A DNA stretch of 31,091 bases from a virus (Duplodnaviria; Caudoviricetes): IMG/VR virus record IMGVR_UViG_3300030433_001277, positions 1-31,091 of that record; one strand, given 5' to 3'. This document shows positions 24,500 through 31,091 of the stretch, piece by piece. The translations under genes were made by a program, and so were the position numbers. The notes below the pieces were generated by a model, which did not search any database, was not told the origin of the DNA, and was given only the letters and a program-made list of their open reading frames with translations. The stretch's first letter is position 1; every line of letters starts with the position of its first letter.

Positions 24500-24925
24500 T
24501 TATTGCGTTAAATCGTCAACATCTGTGCGGTAACGAATCTCGTATTCGCAGCTAATCAAGCCTGATGGTTTGTCTGCCTCGATAAACTCAAACTCAGTCC
24601 GAACAGGCACAACATCATGCGCATAACCGCCAAGCGTTAGGTCAGCCATGATTTTGCTATGCAGTGACTCAATCGTGTCATCCGCAGCTTGATCAGGAAT
24701 ATCTGCCCTTTCAATCACAGTGATCCGGACAGTCATCGTCCAATCCAGCTTGGGCAAGCTGGTGGTCTGAACGCAGACGTCACGAATCGGCTGAATGATG
24801 ATTGCCGGTGACTCTGCCCTGGCGATTGGGTCAACACGAGTTCGGAAAATCCTTGTGCCAACACCAGTGGTGCTTGTCAGAGCAGTTCTGATTGCAGCCA
24901 GAATGTTTTCGCGCTTAGTAGTCAC
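24500..24925 (-). CDS. Tail terminator / tail completion protein (gpU-like)
   Basis: 141 aa with MTTKRENILAAI, PAIII, MADLTLGG and YEIRYRT; precedes the tail tube gene. Confidence 0.75.
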   Translation of the reverse strand: MTTKRENILAAIRTALTSTTGVGTRIFRTRVDPIARAESPAIIIQPIRDVCVQTTSLPKLDWTMTVRITVIERADIPDQAADDTIESLHSKIMADLTLGGYAHDVVPVRTEFEFIEADKPSGLISCEYEIRYRTDVDDLTQ

Positions 24926-24928
24926 GTC

Positions 24929-25219
24929 TTAGTCCTTCATCAACATCACACGCATTATCTTGCCGTCATCCAACAGCATCGGCTCTCGCACCGTATAAGC
25001 AGTCCCATCAACAGTCATCGCGCTTCCGTTCTTGACCGTTGAAAAATCAGAGGTCTTGACCACTACTGCGTAGTCAGTCGTCAGCACGACTCCGTCAGCA
25101 ATGATCTCGTTGGGAGACTCGAAATATCCCACTCCTGTGACTGAGCCAAAAACAACTGGCACCGTAAAGCCCGGCGTGTCAAAAAAAGCGTCGAGATCTT
25201 CAGTGAAAGAAAGTGCCAT
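24929..25219 (-). CDS. Head-tail joining (head closure, gpFII-like) protein
   Basis: 96 aa from the ATG at 25219 (MALSFTEDLDAFFD); C-terminal G.AMTVDGTAYTVRE...DDG beta motif; synteny. The track start at 25237 lies inside the terminator hairpin. Confidence 0.7.
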   Translation of the reverse strand: MALSFTEDLDAFFDTPGFTVPVVFGSVTGVGYFESPNEIIADGVVLTTDYAVVVKTSDFSTVKNGSAMTVDGTAYTVREPMLLDDGKIMRVMLMKD

Positions 25220-25222
25220 ATG

Positions 25223-25246
25223 AAAAAGCCCCCGCATTGCGGGGGC
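25223..25246 (-). terminator. Rho-independent terminator after the head genes
   Basis: Minus strand GCCCCCGC-AAT-GCGGGGGC followed by TTTTT. Confidence 0.85.
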
Positions 25247-25259
25247 AGCAGATCAAAGA

Positions 25260-25637
25260 TCAGTCGTACTTCTTGCGGCCAAGGCCGACAACGCTGACAG
25301 CGCCAGAAGGGCTACTACCAGTCACGTCGATGACGACACGCGCATAGCGGCGGATCTCATCAGTGTTCACCACAAGGCTCTCAACGAGAGCAGTGTTTGC
25401 GGTGGTAGTGGTGAAAGCAGCGTCAGTGACATCAGCAAAAGTGCTGTCATCAGCAGAATCCTGCACCTTGACTGCATAGGTCACACCAGAGCCGCCAGCC
25501 TCAGCGTCGAGGATCAGGGTGATGTCACCTTCATAGTCTTGAAGGTCAACGCTTGCTTCGTTGCTGTCAGCTGCAACAACGTCATTCGGAGCGAAGGACA
25601 GGACCGTATAAGTCCGTCGAGTGTTGCCAATGCTCAT
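25260..25637 (-). CDS. Putative capsid decoration/cement protein
   Basis: 125 aa, beta-rich (VKVQDSADDSTFADV, RRYARV); follows the capsid cluster and precedes a terminator. Confidence 0.6.
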   Translation of the reverse strand: MSIGNTRRTYTVLSFAPNDVVAADSNEASVDLQDYEGDITLILDAEAGGSGVTYAVKVQDSADDSTFADVTDAAFTTTTANTALVESLVVNTDEIRRYARVVIDVTGSSPSGAVSVVGLGRKKYD

Positions 25638-25849
25638 GATTCCTTAGTTCTCCTACGAGTGGTGGTCTTTTTAGGAGCGGGCTCAGGAGCCTTTTCCTCG
25701 GCAGCAGGCGCTTCAGCCTCCGCCTTGTGCTCGACAGCTTTGCCAAGGCCCAAAAGAGTCACGGCAGCACTGTCATCGACTTCCAAAATGGAGCCCGCTG
25801 CTGCGGGCTCACCGGAAATCATTACTGGCCTCAGAATTTCAATCTTCAT
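25634..25849 (-). CDS. Small head-associated protein
   Basis: 71 aa directly after the capsid gene; folded N-terminus (G..LEVDD..A..LLGLGKA) and Ala/Pro/Glu then basic tail; 4-nt overlap with the next gene. Confidence 0.7.
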   Translation of the reverse strand: MKIEILRPVMISGEPAAAGSILEVDDSAAVTLLGLGKAVEHKAEAEAPAAEEKAPEPAPKKTTTRRRTKES

Positions 25850-25880
25850 GAGTCAGAAACGATGTGACAGATCACCCAGA

Positions 25881-28391
25881 TCAGGTGCCGTAGCAGAATG
25901 CGCCAGGCTGCTTGACAGCGAAGTCAACATCTTGCAGAGCAATGATGCGGACGGTGCCAGCAGTTGCACCTGCATAAGGATCGACGGTCAGATCCAGACC
26001 AGACCACATGGCCATGATCAGCTGTGAGAAGTCACCGAACAGAGCGTCGTTGTTCTCAAGCTGGTTGGTCACAGTCACGGGGTAACCGTTGATTTCGTCG
26101 TTCTCGTAGACGAACATGCCAGTGTTGCTGGCCTTCTCGGTGCTCTTCAGAGCGCCACGAGCAGATGCGTTGATGATGTAACGCAGGCTGCCAGCGTCAG
26201 CGTTGGCCACTGCCACGTCGGTTTCCATCGCAATGTATTCAGCGAAGGTTCCGAAGGTGGTGATGGTTTCGGTGCCAATGCCAGTGGTGTTGATGATGCC
26301 CAGAGGCTGGTTGGAAGAACCAGAGCCGTTCAGGCCAACACGATCCAGCTCGAGAGCCAGCACGCGAGCCAGGTCATCACGGACCATTTGCTCCACGTCG
26401 ATGCTGGACTGGAGCAGCAGCTTGCGGGAGTAGTCAACAAAAGCGCCACAGGTCTTGGGGCTCAGGTTGATCTGCTCGATGGTCTGCTGGGACTCGGTAG
26501 GAGAAGACCCCTCGCCTACCCAGTACGCCGTGGCACTAGATCCTTGCTTCGGAATTGAGATGTTGCCGTTGATGCCCGTCAGGGTGGTCATGCCGGCGTC
26601 AGCCAGTGCAAGACGGTTGCGGAGCAGATCGATGAAGCTGCCAGACAGCAGAACATCGTCGACGAGGTTGCCGCCAGCGGTGGCAGTACCAACGTTCAAG
26701 TCACGACGCAGCACCTCGTTGGGCACCACGATGCCGTTAGAGGAACGCTCGTACTGCTTAGAAGCAGCTTGGCCAACTTCAATCTCAAACTCGGCTTCAC
26801 GACGAGCAGATTGATCGCCAGGATTGGCCAGATAGTTCAGAGCGCGGACAAAGCTGAAGCGCTTGACTTCTTTCTGAGAAAGGCCGACATCGTTGGAAGT
26901 GACATCGGCAGAACGGATGGGTTGTTCCACTTGACGGGTTCCGAGTTTTTCGAGGAATGCAGCACGAGCCTCATCAACGGAGTTGTCTCCATCGATAAGT
27001 TCTTGTGCCAGATCTGCCATGCGGTGCTGAGCACCGAGGGCGTTGATGGCGGCAACGCGGTCTTTTTCAGCCTTCTTGGCCTCCGACCGGATCACCTCCA
27101 GGTTGGGAGTTTGTTCTTCCATCGCAGGAGCGGGTGTAGATGCGGTCGTGACCGCTGAACGAGTTTCCTGTTTTTCAACAGGAGCTTCGTTTGTAATAGT
27201 AGTGTCTTCAGGTTGTGAAGATTCAGGCATAGCAGGCTCTTCCGAAAGAAGTGAACGTCCGATTCCAATTGTGGGGTCAGCCGGAATCGAAACAAGGCTC
27301 AATTCGTGAGGCGTCCAGCTAGTAGCAAGCACACCCTCTTCGCGTTGCTCAACCTCATCGATTGAGTAGCCAAACGAAATACCGCGCAAGATGCCGTCTT
27401 TAACGTCATCTAGATACTGTTTGGCGAATTCAGAGCGCGAAAAGCGGATTTTTGCGTAAGCACGCTTTTTGTCTTCATCCAAGTAGGCCCGCTCAACAAC
27501 ACCCAGAACTTTGTCTGGATTGTGGTTGAAGAGGAACGGAGCGCCATCATTCAGGCGCATGAAGTTAGGAGCCTTGGTGTCATGGCTCAGCACCTCAGTG
27601 CCGAAATACCGCGAAACCGGATACTCGGAGCTGAAAGGAAACTCAAAAGTCCGCTCGTCAATAGTGCGGATTTCAGTCGCTTCAGTGCGCTGCATGCGCT
27701 CACCAACCACAGAACGCTTCTGCTCAGGCTCTTCAGCCCGAATCGGAGCAATCTTGGTCAGCGTGCTGAACTTGTGCCCAACCTTCCGATCAGTTGCCTC
27801 TCTATCGCGATAAAGAGTGATTAGCGCCGCAGGATCATCCTCGGTGCCAGTGATCGTGAATGAAGAGTCAGGAACATCGATGGTTCCGTCACGCTCAATC
27901 CGGTCAATGCGACCCTCAGCGCGACCACCTGATGAATTCCAAGAGACGAAGTCTCCCGTCTTCAGGGCATCAGGTGCTGCCCTTTCTTGTTCCTGCTCCA
28001 TAGAAGTCAAGAGTTCTTCCTCATTATTGCTAATAAGTTGTCTACCTTCCCGTGCTTTCTTGATCCGCTTGGATCGAGCGTCTGACCAAGACTTGCCAGC
28101 ATCACCGCCCCAAGCAGCCCAAGCGACTCTTCCATTGCTGGGATAACCCTCTTCCCCAGGGCTAAATCCCTTGCCCTGTTTATCCACCTCGTGCCTTGCG
28201 AACCAAGCAGACATGGTCACAACCGTATCCGCACTAAGTTCATTGCCACTCAAAATCTGACTGGCTCTAGTGCGAGCAACATCAGTGCCACCAGCCTCGC
28301 CATCGGCTTTCCAGTCGCGATAACGCTGAGCTTCAGCCCTCATGCCCTCGTTGGGCATAAGGTCGATCTCAACTCCGTTTACGTTTGCCAT
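25881..28391 (-). CDS. Major capsid protein (HK97 fold) fused to an HK97-type prohead protease and two extra N-terminal domains
   Basis: Protease motifs FSSEYPV, LFNHNPD, GISFGY and ELSLVSIPAD are followed by capsid motifs AGGNLV, AYWVGEG, LSPKTCGA and LFGDFSQ. Start moved to the ATG at 28391 (MANVNG), which overlaps the portal end. Confidence 0.92.
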   Translation of the reverse strand: MANVNGVEIDLMPNEGMRAEAQRYRDWKADGEAGGTDVARTRASQILSGNELSADTVVTMSAWFARHEVDKQGKGFSPGEEGYPSNGRVAWAAWGGDAGKSWSDARSKRIKKAREGRQLISNNEEELLTSMEQEQERAAPDALKTGDFVSWNSSGGRAEGRIDRIERDGTIDVPDSSFTITGTEDDPAALITLYRDREATDRKVGHKFSTLTKIAPIRAEEPEQKRSVVGERMQRTEATEIRTIDERTFEFPFSSEYPVSRYFGTEVLSHDTKAPNFMRLNDGAPFLFNHNPDKVLGVVERAYLDEDKKRAYAKIRFSRSEFAKQYLDDVKDGILRGISFGYSIDEVEQREEGVLATSWTPHELSLVSIPADPTIGIGRSLLSEEPAMPESSQPEDTTITNEAPVEKQETRSAVTTASTPAPAMEEQTPNLEVIRSEAKKAEKDRVAAINALGAQHRMADLAQELIDGDNSVDEARAAFLEKLGTRQVEQPIRSADVTSNDVGLSQKEVKRFSFVRALNYLANPGDQSARREAEFEIEVGQAASKQYERSSNGIVVPNEVLRRDLNVGTATAGGNLVDDVLLSGSFIDLLRNRLALADAGMTTLTGINGNISIPKQGSSATAYWVGEGSSPTESQQTIEQINLSPKTCGAFVDYSRKLLLQSSIDVEQMVRDDLARVLALELDRVGLNGSGSSNQPLGIINTTGIGTETITTFGTFAEYIAMETDVAVANADAGSLRYIINASARGALKSTEKASNTGMFVYENDEINGYPVTVTNQLENNDALFGDFSQLIMAMWSGLDLTVDPYAGATAGTVRIIALQDVDFAVKQPGAFCYGT

Positions 28392-29907
28392 TTGTCCGCT
28401 TGCGGGTGGGCTGTGGCTCTTCTGATTCAAGCAACGAGAGCTGCATAGTCTCGTCAGTCAAATCAAGATCCTTGTCTAGCTTGATTCCAGCGTCAGCAGC
28501 GATTTGCTGCTCACGAGCAAGCTCGGCGACGTTGTCATCAAAGTCACCGCCTGAGTAGGCAATGACCTGCTGCTTCGTCATGTAGCCAGCCTGTTCAGCC
28601 TCGCGATAAGCCTTGACTTCTTTGAGGGGGTCAACCCAGCTCCAGCCACGCGGCATCCAACGAGGTGACAAATAACGCTCAGGGCGCAGCTCAAAATCAG
28701 GAAAATCGCAGTAGCCGCTAAGAACTGCAAGGTTCAACCATTCGCGGAAGACCCGCATATGCAGGTTGTCGATCAAATACTTCTGAACGACGCGCCAATG
28801 CTCACGATCTTCAAGCAGTGACAGCCTTGAGCTGCTGTAGTTGGTGTCGCTGAAGTCGCGAGACAAGGTCTCATATGAGCAGCCAAAGCCTGACGCAAAG
28901 CGTCTGACCTTGTTTTTGACAAACATCTCAAACTGCTGATCTGGCGAGTCGATATCAGGAACTGAGACGGATTCGCCAGGCGAAAGGTACTTAAATGTTC
29001 CAGGCTCAAATTCACTTATGCGCTGACTATTTTCAACATCATCAGCGATGAGTTCGCCTTCATTGTTGGTGATGAAGCCCATGATGCTTGCACCAGCACG
29101 GGCACGAATTACAGCTGCTTCTTCATAGCCCTGCAGCTGATGTGCATCAGCCATCACGCTATGAAACCACGGCACACCCCTGTTTTGACCTGGCCTTTCA
29201 GGCATAAACAGATGAATTACGTCATCTGCAGGCAGAAAAACATGCTTCCTGTCAGGGACAGGATTGCCTTGGAAAAATGTATCTCCAGGATGACGGGTAA
29301 GAATCGCGTACCGCACAGGGCGGCCCCACTCATCAACCTCAACACCGTTACGCCATTCGTTGCCCTTCTTACCCGTCGCACCGTTGTATGACTCGTCTAG
29401 AAGATCGCTCTCGATCATCTGCAGGGCCAAGGGCACCTTTGACTCGCCAAATTGACGCCGAACAATCCTGAATAGCGCCTCGCCAGACTCACACATCGCG
29501 CCAGCAGCCAGCCACTCAAAATCGTGGAAGCTGTACCGACCAGAACAATCGCAAGCGTTAGGCCGCGTCCAATAGGACCATTTGGCCTCAATCTCGTTAT
29601 TAATGCGATTGTCTCGCTTGCTTCCACGCAGCTGCAGCACCTGCGATTGCAGCTTGATGCCGGTGCCGATTACGTTGATCTGTGTCGTCCGTTTCGCTTG
29701 CCGCGCATACGGATTGTTCCGCACCATCTCGCGGGAACGATCACGCAATCTGCGCAGATTGCCTCGAATCTCAGCATCAGCGCTGGCTTGCGTCGACATC
29801 CAGTCGTTAGTCAGACGCGAAACCATCGCGCCGCTGTAGGCACGACGGAAAACTCGGGCAGGCTTGCCAAAGCCCAAGAAGTTCATGACGGTCGAACGAA
29901 TACCCAT
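28369..29907 (-). CDS. Portal protein, lambda family
   Basis: 512 aa with motifs LRDRSREMVRNNPYA, NGVEVDEWGRPVRY, RPGQNRGVPW, NYSSSRLSLLE and WSWVDPLKE typical of lambda gpB-like portals. Confidence 0.95.
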   Translation of the reverse strand: MGIRSTVMNFLGFGKPARVFRRAYSGAMVSRLTNDWMSTQASADAEIRGNLRRLRDRSREMVRNNPYARQAKRTTQINVIGTGIKLQSQVLQLRGSKRDNRINNEIEAKWSYWTRPNACDCSGRYSFHDFEWLAAGAMCESGEALFRIVRRQFGESKVPLALQMIESDLLDESYNGATGKKGNEWRNGVEVDEWGRPVRYAILTRHPGDTFFQGNPVPDRKHVFLPADDVIHLFMPERPGQNRGVPWFHSVMADAHQLQGYEEAAVIRARAGASIMGFITNNEGELIADDVENSQRISEFEPGTFKYLSPGESVSVPDIDSPDQQFEMFVKNKVRRFASGFGCSYETLSRDFSDTNYSSSRLSLLEDREHWRVVQKYLIDNLHMRVFREWLNLAVLSGYCDFPDFELRPERYLSPRWMPRGWSWVDPLKEVKAYREAEQAGYMTKQQVIAYSGGDFDDNVAELAREQQIAADAGIKLDKDLDLTDETMQLSLLESEEPQPTRKRTNGKRKRS

Positions 29908-29909
29908 GA

Positions 29910-30482
29910 TCAGTTGAACCTCACGAACATGTTGCGTGGATTGCCAAGGCCGTTGGCAATCATTTCAGCCTGCTCTTCACGGTTAACTTCAGCCTTCAAA
30001 CGACCCTCAAGCTGAATCAAGTCAGGCAAGTCGTAACGCTTCAAGTTGCGGTTGCCAATCTTGTATTCCTGAACAGCACCACCAGCGATAAGAGTGCGAA
30101 TCGCTGTCTGTACAGCCTCTAAGTCTTTTCTCGCTTGAGTGCGACCATCAAAAGCGCCAGGCGTTCCTGAATACTCAAGAGCCGCCTCAACAGTCAGCGT
30201 GCCGTAGCCAAGAGTAATTTTTTCGCTGCTCTTGGTCGCAATGGCTTGCCAATACCAATTACCAGCGTCAAATCCAGCTGAATCAGTGGCTGAAATCGTA
30301 AATTCCCAGCCAGTGCCAAACACACTGCCAGTGGAAATATGTCCTTCCGAGGCGGTATTCGTCCTCAGGTAGTACTTGAGCGTCCACTCGTCACTTTTGA
30401 TTTCATTGCCGAAAACATCCGTAGAAGAGTCATCTCTCCATTTGACGGTGTCACCAGCTCGAATCTCGCTTGGGATGTTCAC
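29910..30482 (-). CDS. Head completion/head-tail joining protein, gpW-like C-terminus with an N-terminal extension
   Basis: C-terminal LEAVQTAIRTLIAGGAVQEYKIGNRNLKRYDLPDL resembles the gpW helix-hairpin-helix; sits between terL and portal as in lambda. Confidence 0.7.
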   Translation of the reverse strand: MNIPSEIRAGDTVKWRDDSSTDVFGNEIKSDEWTLKYYLRTNTASEGHISTGSVFGTGWEFTISATDSAGFDAGNWYWQAIATKSSEKITLGYGTLTVEAALEYSGTPGAFDGRTQARKDLEAVQTAIRTLIAGGAVQEYKIGNRNLKRYDLPDLIQLEGRLKAEVNREEQAEMIANGLGNPRNMFVRFN

Positions 30483-30486
30483 AGGA

Positions 30487-31089
30487 CTACCAGCTTGAGA
30501 CGAAATTACGGCGTTTAGGCCGTTTTTGTTGCTTTGATCCTAGCTGAGACGCCTTATTAGGCTCATTACGCCGTTCAAACTGCTCCCAAATGCTGCGACG
30601 GTCATATTTCTGATAAAGCCGGTGCAATGCGGCGTATGCGTAGACCATTTCGTCCAATGCCTCGTTCGGACTTTGGCTTTTCTTGACCCAAACACGCTCT
30701 GGGAAGCCATTCCTGTACCTGAGCACCTGACGCTCTGCAGTTAGCTCCGCAAAGTAGTCAGGACCAACAGTTGGATAAAAATGTAGATATCCAGGGCCTG
30801 GATCATTGTGCTTCAGTCGCCCAAACAACAGTGACTTCACCCCATCAACGCCAACAGGGAACAATTGAGCGCCATTTTTCATTGCTCGACCCTTGAAGTT
30901 GATATCAACCTTGCTTGCCTTGCCCAGCGGTGGCTTGCCTTTGACGTTCATACCCTTAATTGCAATCACACCCATCGCGGCACGCTCTCGCGCATAGCCA
31001 TACACCTCTTGGGTGTGGTGACCACCAGAGTCAATGCAGCAAACCTCGATGTTTAGCTTGCGGCCATCCTCTGTCTCATAAGGATTTTG
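30487..31089 (-). CDS. terL: Terminase large subunit, lambda GpA family, C-terminal nuclease part (5' truncated by window edge)
   Basis: The frame of the 172-aa track ORF is open to the window edge (QNPYETEDGRKLNIEVCCIDSGGHHTQEVYGY). It has GpA-type motifs IDSGG, IAIKG, YFAELTAE and NEALD, and lies directly upstream of the gpW-like and portal genes. Confidence 0.92.
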   Translation of the reverse strand, partial: QNPYETEDGRKLNIEVCCIDSGGHHTQEVYGYARERAAMGVIAIKGMNVKGKPPLGKASKVDINFKGRAMKNGAQLFPVGVDGVKSLLFGRLKHNDPGPGYLHFYPTVGPDYFAELTAERQVLRYRNGFPERVWVKKSQSPNEALDEMVYAYAALHRLYQKYDRRSIWEQFERRNEPNKASQLGSKQQKRPKRRNFVSSW

Positions 31090-31091
31090 CA

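Noticed and set aside
22990-28430. Track start positions 28430, 25237, 23355 and 23053
   Set aside because: They use weak upstream starts inside terminators or upstream genes. The ATGs at 28391, 25219 and 23322, and the frameshift, fit better; likewise 12931 rather than 12961.
464-31056. Numerous plus-strand and alternative-frame ORFs in the track (e.g. 5719-6213, 19253-19720, 25539-26027, 29524-30015)
   Set aside because: They lie within well-supported minus-strand genes, have no recognisable motifs, and are the expected shadows of codon bias or repeats.
1-31091. tRNA, rRNA, integrase/att site, lysis genes, auxiliary metabolic genes
   Set aside because: None recognisable; the window is almost fully occupied by structural CDSs, so prophage versus free phage cannot be decided.

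Overview
The window is a contiguous late (morphogenesis) region of a lambda-like siphovirus, encoded almost entirely on the minus strand. The small genes and fibre families resemble those of marine picocyanobacterial (Synechococcus-type) siphoviruses; the host is an inference. In transcription order (right to left) it contains: the 3' end of a GpA-type terminase large subunit, a gpW-like protein, a lambda-type portal, a multi-domain protease-major capsid fusion, small head proteins, head-tail connector, tail terminator, tail tube, a tail assembly chaperone with a -1 frameshift site (G GGA AAC), tape measure, and the lambda M/L/K/I/J tail-tip genes. These are followed by a large array (~12.5 kb) of seven fibre/receptor-binding proteins with small partner genes, then three small genes missed or only partly covered by the ORF track. 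The most striking signal is in four fibre genes. They are built from variable, in-frame 177-372 nt cassettes joined by a ~26-50 nt motif (ERMRIDSSG-NVGIGTTSP) that is conserved at synonymous codon positions, suggesting DNA-level cassette shuffling that diversifies host-recognition proteins. Product names come from motif recognition and synteny only; no database searches were run.
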